Assembly (NCBI GenBank): GCA_028708035.1
Contig: JAQVZU010000001.1
Span: 3,275 to 67,274 of the forward strand
DNA from: Alphaproteobacteria bacterium
GTDB taxonomy: Bacteria; Pseudomonadota; Alphaproteobacteria; UBA9219
Reading direction: 5' to 3'
Length of the DNA stretch: 64,000 nucleotides
In this document: piece by piece, positions 1 through 9,388 of the stretch
Layout: each line of letters starts with the position of its first letter
How positions within the stretch are numbered: position 1 is the first letter of the stretch
The notes under the pieces: model-generated
What the model was told of the DNA's origin: nothing
The model's input: only the letters and a program-made list of their open reading frames with translations
The model's database searches: none
Made by a program: the position numbers and the translations under genes

Positions 1-8
1 CCTTTCGC

Positions 9-740
9 GTGGGCGAAATCGAATGGCGCGACTGGCGGCTTACGATCCTTTACGTTCTTCTGCCTTTGTGCATCGCGGTGAGGATGCTGTTCTGGAGGAA
101 AAAGGCTGCGCGGGAAGCTTTGGCCTTTCCGTATCCTGCGCGCTATCTGCTGGCGGCGTTTTCGATGGCTTATGTCGTTTGGCTCGTTATGTTCTCAATA
201 TACAGGTACGCTGTGCCGATCGAGATGATCGCGCCGCTTTTGATCGTGCTGTCGGTCGGTATGCTGCCGTTTCGGAACGCGACGCGGGCGCTTGTCGCCG
301 GGGCGATCCTGATTGTCGTGGCGGCTTCGGTTCAGCCCGGAAATTGGCACAGGCGCGCGGCGTGGCTCGACAGGTTTGTTGAGGCCACTATTCCGCCTTT
401 GGGCGACACGTCCAACCTGATGATTCTCATGGCGGGAATGGAGCCTTATTCGCACCTCGTTCCATTGTTTCCTCCGGAGATCAAATTTGTGCGGATTCAA
501 AGCAACTTTTCGAGCCCTGAGCAGGACAAAGGGATCAATGAATTGATCCGCGCGCGCGTTGAGGCGCATCTTAAAGATGGTGGACGGTTTATGATTTTGA
601 TTCCGACATGGCAGAAAAAGGCCGCTGCCGACGCCGTGTCGTTTTTTGGCCTTAAAGTCGTGCCAGACAAATGTCAGAGCGTGACGGACCTGCTTTTTGA
701 TGATAGTTCTTTGAGCCTGTGTCCTGTCGTTCCCAAGTAA
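9..740 (+). CDS. polytopic membrane protein, probably the C-terminal part of a larger protein (ArnT/GT39-like glycosyltransferase suspected); N-terminus likely upstream of the window
   Basis: Reading frame is open to the window edge. Several hydrophobic helices are followed by a soluble C-terminal domain. It is immediately followed by GT2 and GtrA genes, the typical polyprenyl-phosphate sugar transfer trio. Confidence 0.35.
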   Translation: MGEIEWRDWRLTILYVLLPLCIAVRMLFWRKKAAREALAFPYPARYLLAAFSMAYVVWLVMFSIYRYAVPIEMIAPLLIVLSVGMLPFRNATRALVAGAILIVVAASVQPGNWHRRAAWLDRFVEATIPPLGDTSNLMILMAGMEPYSHLVPLFPPEIKFVRIQSNFSSPEQDKGINELIRARVEAHLKDGGRFMILIPTWQKKAAADAVSFFGLKVVPDKCQSVTDLLFDDSSLSLCPVVPK

Positions 741-750
741 CAGGTTAGTC

Positions 751-1680
751 ATGAAAAAAATTGCTGTGCTGGTGCCGTGCTATAACGAAGAAACGGCGGT
801 CGCGAAGGTCGTGAGCGATTTCCAGAAAGCGCTGCCGGGGGCTACCGTTTATGTTTACGATAACAACTCTCGCGACAGGACTGTCGAAGTTGCGCGCGAG
901 TCCGGGGCCGTTGTGCGGACCGAGCCTTTGCAGGGCAAGGGCAATGTCGTGCGGCGGATGTTTGCCGACGTCGAGGCCGACGTTTACGTGCTAGTTGACG
1001 GCGATGCGACCTATGACGCGCCTTCCGCTCCGAAGATGGTCGAGAGATTGTGCCGGGAGTCGCTCGACATGGTCAACGGGGCGCGGCGGACCAACATCGA
1101 GAAGGCTTACAGGCCGGGACATCGGTTTGGAAACTGGCTTTTGACGAGCATGGTTTCGAAGATTTTCGGGAGCCGATTCTCGGACATGCTCTCGGGTTAT
1201 CGGGTGATGTCGCGAAGGTTCGTGAAAAGCTTTCCGGCGCTGGCGGCGGGGTTTGAGACCGAGACGGAGCTTACCGTTCATGCGCTCGAACTTAGGATGC
1301 CCACTGCCGAAGTCGAGACGCCTTACAAGGATCGGCCCGAAGGATCGGTCAGCAAGCTCAGTACCTTTAAGGACGGTTTCAGGATTTTGTGGACGATCCT
1401 CGTGCTCGTGAAGGAAGAAAGGCCGATGCAGTTTTTTTCGCTGCTTGGGCTTCTCTTCGCTTTTGTGGCGACCGCGCTGATTATTCCCATCTTCGTCACC
1501 TATGTCGAGACGGGGCTGGTGCCTCGACTGCCGACAGCGGTATTCTCGATGGGGCTAATGATTACCGCCGCGCTATCCCTGACGTGCGGGCTGATTCTCG
1601 ATACCGTCACGCGAGGGCGGCGCGAGATGAAGCGCATGCGGTATCTCAATATTCCGGGGCCTCAGGCCGAAGCCGACTGA
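751..1680 (+). CDS. family 2 glycosyltransferase, polyprenol-phosphate sugar transferase (ArnC/GtrB/DPM1-like) with two C-terminal TM helices
   Basis: N-terminal GT-A fold motifs (VPCYNEE, DGD/DxD-like VLVDGDATYD) and a C-terminal pair of TM helices as in GtrB/ArnC; RBS-spaced ATG at 751. Confidence 0.8.
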   Translation: MKKIAVLVPCYNEETAVAKVVSDFQKALPGATVYVYDNNSRDRTVEVARESGAVVRTEPLQGKGNVVRRMFADVEADVYVLVDGDATYDAPSAPKMVERLCRESLDMVNGARRTNIEKAYRPGHRFGNWLLTSMVSKIFGSRFSDMLSGYRVMSRRFVKSFPALAAGFETETELTVHALELRMPTAEVETPYKDRPEGSVSKLSTFKDGFRILWTILVLVKEERPMQFFSLLGLLFAFVATALIIPIFVTYVETGLVPRLPTAVFSMGLMITAALSLTCGLILDTVTRGRREMKRMRYLNIPGPQAEAD

Positions 1681-1681
1681 C

Positions 1682-2107
1682 ATGCAGGTGATTAACGATC
1701 TTTGGGCGCGGGGACGCGGGACCTTTTGGCAGTTCTTCAGGTTCGGCATTGTCGGGTTCGTCGGCTTTATCGTCGATTGGGCGATGCTGCATGTCGGCAT
1801 CGATCTCTTAGGGCTCGGGCGCGTTGCGGCGGGGCTGTTTTCGTTTCCCTTCGCGGTGACGGCCACGTGGATCGGGAACAGGACCTACACGTTCAAGGAT
1901 GCCAAGCCGATGCCTGTATGCAAGCAGTTTTCAAAGTTCGCGCTTGTTTGCGCGGTGGGGCTTTCGTTTAACCGGGGGACGTACAGCTTTCTGGTGACAT
2001 TCGTGCCGCTGGTTCACGATTTTCCGGTGCTGGGGCTGCTTGCGGGGACTGCGGCGGGAATGTTCTTCAATTTCTTCGCGTCGAAGAAGCACGTGTTTGA
2101 GGTTTAG
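1682..2107 (+). CDS. GtrA-family small polytopic membrane protein (flippase-like partner of GT2)
   Basis: 141 aa with 4 predicted TM helices. Its start overlaps the GT2 stop, the classic GtrA-GtrB arrangement. Confidence 0.7.
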   Translation: MQVINDLWARGRGTFWQFFRFGIVGFVGFIVDWAMLHVGIDLLGLGRVAAGLFSFPFAVTATWIGNRTYTFKDAKPMPVCKQFSKFALVCAVGLSFNRGTYSFLVTFVPLVHDFPVLGLLAGTAAGMFFNFFASKKHVFEV

Positions 2108-2255
2108 CGATGGTCGTCGTTAAAGAAGCCGAAAGGCAGAAGCATGGGGATATGATTTTTATTGGCGTCAACGAGAAGTTCGCGTGGGAAGGCGAGATGG
2201 AGCTGTTTATCGCCAATGCGCCAGGGTTCGAGGCGGGGCAATACAAGGAAGTTGA

Positions 2256-3044
2256 TTGATCCGCAATTTGCCGGAGATGCTTATGTATTCAATCGGGGGA
2301 TATTCCTTTGAAAAGGCGAGCGTTGGCGTCATGACGGACGTTATGTTTCCGTTGTTTCCCCAAAATACAACCGCCGATGTTGGCGTCATTCTTGGCGCGG
2401 GGATCGCAAGCCTCGCTTTGTCTTGGAAGGCTGTTGAGGCTGTTGAAAAAGGACAGGTTGGTTTCCTCATTTTCTCGGGCGGCGCGGTGGTGCGCGATCT
2501 TCCGGAAACAGCGGTTTTTAAAAAGTTTTTTGACGGCGTTTACACGAAAGACCAAATGCCGAAGCCAGGGGAGACAGAAAAGGAATGGGTGGAACGTTGT
2601 TTGCCCGAGTATCTCAAGAAACACGGGGTTCCGGAGAATCGCGTCCAATTTGAAGGGGCTTCGAAAAACACCAAACAGAACTTTCAGAATCTGGAAAAAT
2701 TCCCCGAATATCAACAGGCGGGAAGCGTCAATCTTTTTGGGCTTTTGCCGACGCGCGCCTTGATGACAATGCGCAATACCCAAAGCGGAAAGAACAAAAT
2801 GGCCGTTTTGACGGACCTTTTCCCTTTCGCCGGAGTAGACAGGGAAAATTGGCAAGGAAACCGCGATGCGCGGGAATTGGTTTTTTTCGAATTTTCAAAG
2901 ATTGATCCGGCCAATCCCGGAAACTACATAGCCAAGGGCGACTGTGCCGATGTCAATCTCAAGGCTGAAATCCAGATGGCGGGAAAGCTTTGCGTTCCGG
3001 CAAACGGCAAGTCCTTCGGTGCTGGGCATCACCCAGGTTTTTAA
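2256..3044 (+). CDS. DUF218 (YdcF/ElyC/SanA-like) domain protein
   Basis: Motifs VGVILGAGI, FLIFSGG and ASKNTKQNFQN resemble the three conserved DUF218 blocks (IVVLGgg, lvSGG, S.NT.eNa). Confidence 0.45.
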   Translation: MIRNLPEMLMYSIGGYSFEKASVGVMTDVMFPLFPQNTTADVGVILGAGIASLALSWKAVEAVEKGQVGFLIFSGGAVVRDLPETAVFKKFFDGVYTKDQMPKPGETEKEWVERCLPEYLKKHGVPENRVQFEGASKNTKQNFQNLEKFPEYQQAGSVNLFGLLPTRALMTMRNTQSGKNKMAVLTDLFPFAGVDRENWQGNRDARELVFFEFSKIDPANPGNYIAKGDCADVNLKAEIQMAGKLCVPANGKSFGAGHHPGF

Positions 3045-3067
3045 CGGATCGATTTGGGCTATGGGCG

Positions 3068-4057
3068 TTAGTGGGGGGCTTGCATCGCTGCGCGGATGTC
3101 CGTCATGGCCGCGATGAAGGCGAGTTTGCGGTCCAGCGCTGCGGAGTCGGCCATGGCGAAGGTGGCTTTTGTTTTCTCCCAAATTTGCATTGCGGTATTC
3201 ACGCGGCCTTGGGGGTGGCGGTTCGCTTCGTTGTGCGCGGCTTGGCGCAGGCGCTCGATCAAAAGGGCGCTAAGGGCTTCAAAGGCTTCGGAGTCGGCTT
3301 TTTTGGCGATCTTATCGGCGAGCTTGTGGAGGCTTGCCGTATCGAGCTGCGGCATCGCGTCAAGCATCGCGAGCATTTCACGGTAAAGGGGCAGGGTTCC
3401 GCTGCGCAGGATCTTAAGCGCAAAGCCGATGCTGCCGCCTGAAAGATCTATCACCGCCATAATGTCCTCTTGCGAGGCAGCCGGAGCCGTGGCGCGCAGA
3501 AGCGTGCGCATTTCATCCATGGCCAGAGGCGCGAGTTCGAGAAGGCGGGTGCGCGAGCGAATCGTGGGGAGAAGGATTCCCGGCGTTGTGGCCGTTAAAA
3601 TAATCAGGGCTTGGGGCGGAGGCTCTTCAACGATCTTGAGGATCGCGTTTTGGCCGTGGCGGTTGAGCGTGTGCGCTTCGTCAACGATGACCACGCGCCA
3701 GCCGGAGTGCGCGGCGGTCTTGTGGAAGAATGGCGCAACTTTCGAGACCTCTTCGACCGGGATGATGTTCGCAAGGAGACCTGTTTTTTCGTCTCTTGTT
3801 CGGCGAATGATGAGAAGGTCCGGGTGCGCGTCGGCATCCACAAGCCGCGTCGTGGGGCTTGTGGGATCTGACTTGCCAAGCTCGCCTTCGCCGTTCGAGA
3901 GGACATATTCGGCAATATGCTTGGCCAAAGTTGCTTTGCCAATGCCTTCGATCCCCGCGATAAGCCATGCGTGCGGCATGCGGCCCGAGGCAAACGCGTC
4001 ATGGACTTCGCGAAGCGCAGCGGCGTGGCCGACAAAGTGAAGCGGCACTTCGGTCAT
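3068..4057 (-). CDS. holB: DNA polymerase III subunit delta prime
   Basis: AAA+ clamp-loader motifs (HAWLIAGIEGIGKATLA P-loop-like, VVIVDEAH, SRT box TIRSRT). 4-nt overlap with downstream tmk as in many alphaproteobacteria. Confidence 0.8.
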   Translation of the reverse strand: MTEVPLHFVGHAAALREVHDAFASGRMPHAWLIAGIEGIGKATLAKHIAEYVLSNGEGELGKSDPTSPTTRLVDADAHPDLLIIRRTRDEKTGLLANIIPVEEVSKVAPFFHKTAAHSGWRVVIVDEAHTLNRHGQNAILKIVEEPPPQALIILTATTPGILLPTIRSRTRLLELAPLAMDEMRTLLRATAPAASQEDIMAVIDLSGGSIGFALKILRSGTLPLYREMLAMLDAMPQLDTASLHKLADKIAKKADSEAFEALSALLIERLRQAAHNEANRHPQGRVNTAMQIWEKTKATFAMADSAALDRKLAFIAAMTDIRAAMQAPH

Positions 4058-4683
4058 AGCCTGAAGCGCTCGCGAACGGCGTTTTCAAGAGCCGCCGTTA
4101 CTGCGCTCTGGCCCATTGAGGCGTCGATGATGCGGAAGCGAGAGTCATATTTCCTTGCGAGCGTTAAATAAGCCTCGCGAAGCTTTTCGTGGAAGTCGCT
4201 TTTCTTCTGCTGGTAGCGGTCGTCATGTCCGCCCCGGCTCGCCATGCGCGCGAGGCCGACATTCACGGGGAGATCGAGAAGAAGCGTCAAGTCGGGCTCA
4301 AAGCCGGGGGCAATGAGATCATAGCTTTTGTCCACCTTATCGAGTCCAAGGCCAAGGCCGATCCCCTGATAGGCGCGTGTCGAATCCACAAAGCGGTCAG
4401 AGACAACCCATGCGCCTCGCGCAAGCGCGGGGAAAACCGTTTTGACAAGGTGCTCGCGCCGGGCCGCCATGATAAGGAATATCTCGGTGATCGGGTCCCA
4501 GTAGCCTTCCTTTTTGTCAAGCCAGACGTCCCGCAGAACCTCCGCCGACGGTGCGCCGCCGACTTCGCGGGTCTGCACCACGTCAAGCCCTTCGTTGCGG
4601 AGGAAGTTCGCGAGCAGCGTGGTTTGAGTCGATTTTCCCGCGCCTTCTCCGCCTTCCAGCGTTATGAACTTCCCGCGGCTCAT
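4054..4683 (-). CDS. tmk: thymidylate kinase
   Basis: N-terminal FITLEGGEGAGKST P-loop, DRF motif, length 209 aa. Confidence 0.9.
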   Translation of the reverse strand: MSRGKFITLEGGEGAGKSTQTTLLANFLRNEGLDVVQTREVGGAPSAEVLRDVWLDKKEGYWDPITEIFLIMAARREHLVKTVFPALARGAWVVSDRFVDSTRAYQGIGLGLGLDKVDKSYDLIAPGFEPDLTLLLDLPVNVGLARMASRGGHDDRYQQKKSDFHEKLREAYLTLARKYDSRFRIIDASMGQSAVTAALENAVRERFRL

Positions 4684-4688
4684 GCGCG

Positions 4689-5861
4689 CTACGCCTTTCC
4701 GGAAATCAGCAGGCCAAGCCGTTGGAAAACACGCGAGAAAAAGCCGATTTCCTCGACGTCGCTTTGCGCCACAAGTGGGACCGTCTTCGTTTCCATTCCC
4801 GGTGCGACGATGACAAGCTTGCCGACGGCGTCGCCTTTTTTCACCGGGGCCGGGATCGGCTGGTTAAAGGTGACCGTCGCTTTCAGGCCGCTCCTTGCCG
4901 CGCGGGGAAGCGTGACGACGGCGTTTTGAGAGGCGACGATTTGGACGTTCGAGGCTTGGCCGAGCCACACCGCAGGGTTCGCAAGGACGTCGCCTTCCTT
5001 GACAACGGGATAAAGGCCGAATTCGCGATAGCCATAGTCGATGACCTTGGCCGATTCGTCCGCGCGGGCTTGCATATCCTTCATGCCATTAAGGACAAGA
5101 ATCATGCGCCGCCCGTCGCGCACGCATGAAGCCGTAAGGCCAAAGCCGCCGATTTCGGTGTGACCCGTTTTAAGGCCATCCACGTTCATGTTGCGGTAGA
5201 GCAGGGGATTGCGATTGCCCTGTTCGATGTTGTTGTACTTGAAGGTGGTCTCGGAGAAATAATGATAATACTCGGGAAAGTCGCGCTGGATTGCCATTGC
5301 AAGGACCGCGAGGTCGTGCGCTGTTGAGTAGTGCTGCGGATCGGGAAGCCCCGTGGCGTTCATGAAATGGCTGTTGTTCATGCCCAGCTTCTTCGCTTCG
5401 ACGTTCATCATATCGGCGAAGGCGGATTCTGAGCCCGAGGCCAGCCCTTCGGCCAAGACCACGGCTGCATCGTTGCCGGATTGGACAATGACGCCCCGGA
5501 CGAGGTCTTCGACTTTGACCCGGTCGCCCGTGTTGACGAACATGCGCGAGCCCTCCTGCTTCCACGCTTTTTCGCTGACTGGAAGCGCGTCTTCCATAGT
5601 GATCTTGCCATTCCGGAGCGCGTCGAAAACGACGTACATCGTCATGATCTTGCTCATCGACGAAGTCGGCATCTCCGTGTTGGCGTCTTTTTCGTAAAGA
5701 ACCGTTCCGGTAGCGGCGTCAATCAAAATGGCTTGCTTGGCCTCGACGTCCAGTGCGCTTTGCGCGCGGGCAACGGGGATTCCGAGAAAATACAATGCAC
5801 ATGCAGCAACAAGCCGAAGCTTCAATTTTTCCTCCAAGTCAGTCCACAACCGTCCGGGCAC
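4689..5861 (-). CDS. D-alanyl-D-alanine carboxypeptidase (PBP5/6 family, S11 peptidase)
   Basis: Signal peptide. SxxK active site (SMSKIMT), SGN motif (QSGND), KTG motif (LKTGHT), C-terminal beta-sandwich domain. Confidence 0.85.
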   Translation of the reverse strand: MPGRLWTDLEEKLKLRLVAACALYFLGIPVARAQSALDVEAKQAILIDAATGTVLYEKDANTEMPTSSMSKIMTMYVVFDALRNGKITMEDALPVSEKAWKQEGSRMFVNTGDRVKVEDLVRGVIVQSGNDAAVVLAEGLASGSESAFADMMNVEAKKLGMNNSHFMNATGLPDPQHYSTAHDLAVLAMAIQRDFPEYYHYFSETTFKYNNIEQGNRNPLLYRNMNVDGLKTGHTEIGGFGLTASCVRDGRRMILVLNGMKDMQARADESAKVIDYGYREFGLYPVVKEGDVLANPAVWLGQASNVQIVASQNAVVTLPRAARSGLKATVTFNQPIPAPVKKGDAVGKLVIVAPGMETKTVPLVAQSDVEEIGFFSRVFQRLGLLISGKA

Positions 5862-6759
5862 CGCTGATCCCAGCCGTTTTCATTTTAGACAACAATGCGT
5901 CGGCTTGCGGAACATCGGCAATAGGGCCTAGCCGAACGCGGTAAAATTTCATGCCGTTTACAAGAGCTGTCGAAACGGACGCCGCGCCGTATTTTGAAAG
6001 CTTTTGCTGAAGGCGCTGGGCATTTTCGGGAACTGAAAAAGCGCCTGCCTGCACATAAATCTGGGTCTTTCCGGTGACGGGCAACTGGACGGCGTAAGGA
6101 AGAGGCTTCGTCTGTATAAGTTGGCGGCGTGTTTCTTCCGTTGACCGCATCGGCTTGAGCGTTTGCGTTTCCACTGGGGCTGCGACCAAAGACGGCGTCG
6201 CCGAGGTTTCGGCGGAGGCCAATTGTACGGGCGGCGTTTCGGGTGTCTCAAGGGGCGTGCCATAGCGGCGCATGGCATCGGCAATAGCTTTGCTTTCATC
6301 GGCAAGAACTTGAACGCGGACTTTGGCCGTGCCTGCGTTCTCAAATCCCAAAAGGTTCGCTGCGCGTTGCGATACATCAATGATCCGCGCGCCAGAGAAC
6401 GGGCCGCGGTCATTAATGCGGACAACGATGGATTTCCCATTTTCAAGATTTGTCACGCGCGCGAGGCTGGGGAGAGGCAGGGTTTTGTGCGCGGCGGTCA
6501 GCTCATCCTTGTTGTAGATTTCGCCGTTCGCGGTCATTTGCTCGTGGAAATCAGCCCCATACCAAGAGGCGATGCCCGATTCGTCATAGTTGTAGTCTTC
6601 CTTTGGATAATACCACCGATTGTTTATTTGATAAGGCTGGCCCACTTTATAATAGCCGCCACCACCTCCTCCTGTAGGCGTGCGGCTTGTTCCGCACGCG
6701 GCGAGCGCGATACATAACGTAAGAGGCGTTACTGCTTTGAGAAAACGGTAAGGAGGCAT
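5839..6759 (-). CDS. rlpA: septal ring lytic transglycosylase RlpA (lipoprotein with DPBB domain and C-terminal SPOR domain)
   Basis: Lipobox LAACG. ASWYG...HG..TANGE...AAH DPBB signature. C-terminal SPOR-like repeat. Conserved rlpA-dacC-tmk-holB order. Confidence 0.8.
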   Translation of the reverse strand: MPPYRFLKAVTPLTLCIALAACGTSRTPTGGGGGGYYKVGQPYQINNRWYYPKEDYNYDESGIASWYGADFHEQMTANGEIYNKDELTAAHKTLPLPSLARVTNLENGKSIVVRINDRGPFSGARIIDVSQRAANLLGFENAGTAKVRVQVLADESKAIADAMRRYGTPLETPETPPVQLASAETSATPSLVAAPVETQTLKPMRSTEETRRQLIQTKPLPYAVQLPVTGKTQIYVQAGAFSVPENAQRLQQKLSKYGAASVSTALVNGMKFYRVRLGPIADVPQADALLSKMKTAGISGARTVVD

Positions 6760-7210
6760 CCGAATCGACTGCTTTGTTAAGTGCGACGGACGCTAACACA
6801 AATTGGCCGGGGGAGTCTATCGGGAGCGGAATATGCCCCACGGCACAAAAGTCAGGTTAACGAAGTTTTTGCGTTGAGAAGCGCCGTGCTTTTGCCTCAT
6901 CACCAAAGCGGCGGTTTGACAGGAAAAAGCCGCGCGAGATGTTGCCTTTACAAAGGATCAGCAAGGAGAGCAACGTCGTGGATAGATCTTGTGCCATGGC
7001 TCGACTCTGTTATGCCTTCACATCATAGGGCTTTTGTTTCTCCAAGAAAGGCCTTTCTACAAACACTTAAGTGGCACAGGGGGGGCCGGATTTACCAAAG
7101 GACTTGTTATGACAACGAGAGAAGAGGTTGAATGAGCTATTGGGGCGGTAATTACGCGATTTAACGATGTCGAGGTAGCTCTTCGACATTCTTGAGGGGC
7201 TTTTGGGGGA

Positions 7211-7779
7211 TCAAAGGGGCGCCGTTAGTCTAGCTTTCCATATAGGGGATTGAGTTTCTTCTTTGTCATCAAAGCAAACCGAAAAACCAACAATCTCGGC
7301 ATTCTTTTTATTTAACTCTGCCGCGATATCCTCATTGAGAATCATGAAGAGCTGAATCATCAAGTTATGAGCTTTTTCCGTAAGGTGCTGCAGATCCTCA
7401 AGCCTTTCCTTCTGGTAAATTGGTCTTAATTTCTTTCGAGATATATGCCTGCTTGATATTGTTTCATCTCCTATCATCCACAAAGAATGTGCAATTCGAT
7501 TGCGGTTTTCTCCAAGTGATAAACATTCATTGAAAAAGCAGGCGATACTTTCCTTCTTTGATGCGTTTTTTGTGAAAGGAGTTCTTTTGCAATTTTGCAA
7601 AGCAGGGAGAAATCATAAGAACCAATGACAATATCAGAAATTTTCTGCTCCAAATTTAAGGCAGTAGACAGCTCCTGTCTGATCATAAACTCAAGTTGGG
7701 AAAACTTGTAGAAGAATGCGCCGATAAGGAAAAATGTCCCGTTTGTCCGCTGCGAAATATGAATGTTTGTTTTGTCCAT
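7211..7779 (-). pseudogene. HEPN-motif (Rx4H: RNRIAH) defence-like protein, apparently split by a frameshift into two overlapping ORFs (101 aa + 129 aa)
   Basis: Two minus-strand ORFs overlap by ~126 nt in different frames inside the AT-rich island. The downstream one carries ENRNRIAHSLW matching the HEPN Rx4-6H nuclease motif. A combined product of ~190 aa would fit a single HEPN protein. Confidence 0.35.
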
Positions 7780-8373
7780 TTCTTGCTTCCCTTCGTGTGT
7801 GAGGGGGATCTTTTTTATGTAGAGACCACACCAGTTATATCTAAGTGCGATTTCTTAAGGGTTCTAGATAACCTCTGCCTGCCACACGAAATACAACCAC
7901 AACACCTAACCTGTTGACTTAAAAGTGCCGTACCGAGTCAACAGCTACCATAACTTTTAGAGAGTTTTTGGCCTATATCGCAATCCCATGGGACGGGATC
8001 GAAGAAATCGAGGTCAACAGCTTTTCATAGAACGTGTTGAAGCTATTGCGACTTTTCATCGCATCCCAAAATCATATATGAGTTGTAATTGTAAAAAGCG
8101 TGGCGGAGGGATGCCTGATGGAAAACCTTGGCATCTGTTTGAATGTCCTGCAATCGTGGATTTGCGCCGAAAAATATATGCGGAATTCTATTCGGAAAGT
8201 GATTGGCTTCAGTTGGACAGCGTTGGAAGCCCTTTTTTATCCGAGCGGATCAGCGGGTGCAAATGTATGGCCGACGGGCCTGTTCTCTTGTTGTCAGCTA
8301 TCACGTGTCGGAGGGAACGCGTGCGTATTGGAAAATAGCATCGCTCGCGCTGTAACCTGGCCTAGTATTTGGG

Positions 8374-8607
8374 CTACGTACAGAGCGCTTCAGCGGAATA
8401 ACGAGAGCAGCAGCTGGGGCAAACGGGAATTGTTTCAAGTTCTTTGCGAGCATTTGTGTGTTCTCGGTCGCTAATCCAACCGGTAGCAATTCCCGCAGCT
8501 GTCAAAAAACCAGCGAGTATTGGCTTCCCGGCAGACCAAGCAACTGCTGCACCGCCAAAAGCGGCACCAGAGATTGCTGCGAGCGACACATCACAAAATA
8601 AATTCAT
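8374..8607 (-). CDS. small glycine-zipper membrane protein (GxxxG-rich, 2TM-like)
   Basis: A GC-rich islet inside the AT-rich island. The ORF from internal Met MNLFCDVSLAAISGAAFGGAAVAWSAGKPILAGFLTAAGIATGW has tandem GxxxG/AxxxG zippers. Confidence 0.3.
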   Translation of the reverse strand: MNLFCDVSLAAISGAAFGGAAVAWSAGKPILAGFLTAAGIATGWISDREHTNARKELETIPVCPSCCSRYSAEALCT

Positions 8608-9233
8608 CTTCACTAAGTCCCAAGCGGACGGTCGGGACGAAGCATCTGGCGATCTCATAGCAAAAACCTCTTCAAAAATATGTTCGAATTATAATTCTAA
8701 AACCCATTGGATTGTATCCGAAATTTTCATGAGGAGAAAGTCATATGAATACTTTTAGAAACTATTCTCAGAGCGGCGAAATCAATCATAGTTAATGTGC
8801 AGAGAAATTGCCATTAACGTATCATCGATCCTTTTATGACAGATTTTTTGTCTGTTTCGGTGTCAGCGGGCTGGATGTCGCCATCTTCAGTCTTTTGCAT
8901 GTAGGCGGTCTTGGACGGCAATGGAAATCGGAGAGGATACCTGGGAAAGTGAGGGGCGGAAGGCAAGATAAAGCACATTCACATGAACGCGCTAAGTGTT
9001 TGGTCTGCACGTCCTTTTTTGAGTTTTTCATGTGCATGCTACTCATTCATGGAGGCTATTCGCTGCAACTCGTTGATTTCTCACCGTGCGGTAGGAGCAT
9101 TACAAACAAAGACAAAAAACGACACCAACCGTAGGGTTATAGGTGGAAAGCGGCAAAACAAATTCAGGGCGCATGCTCGCAAAAATTTCTGCGGCGATCA
9201 ATCGGACGAGCGGCGGACAAGAATGTTCCTTAT

Positions 9234-9281
9234 CAGAGGCGGCGCGGCTTTGGACTCTTGCGGTCCCGCCGCGCCGCCTCT
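9234..9281. repeat. perfect 14-bp inverted repeat (cagaggcggcgcgg / ccgcgccgcctctg) with 20-nt spacer
   Basis: Read directly from the sequence, ~110 nt downstream of the integrase stop. Candidate terminator or recombination/regulatory hairpin. Confidence 0.5.
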
Positions 9282-9326
9282 GACCTATCGGCATCGACTA
9301 TTGCCAAAAGCGCTGCGCGCAAGTTG

Positions 9327-9349
9327 AGAGTGTGGTGCCACCACACTCT
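9327..9349. repeat. perfect 10-bp palindrome agagtgtggt-gcc-accacactct
   Basis: Read directly from the sequence, 40 nt beyond the 3' end of the integrase gene; no T-run follows, so it is more likely a protein-binding site than an intrinsic terminator. Confidence 0.45.
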
Positions 9350-9388
9350 GGCGTCCCTAAAGGTCGAGGCGCTATTCGTGTAGCGATG

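Noticed and set aside
5170-5565. 131-aa Arg/Gly/Pro-rich minus-strand ORF
   Set aside because: Embedded out of frame within dacC; typical GC-rich frame artefact.
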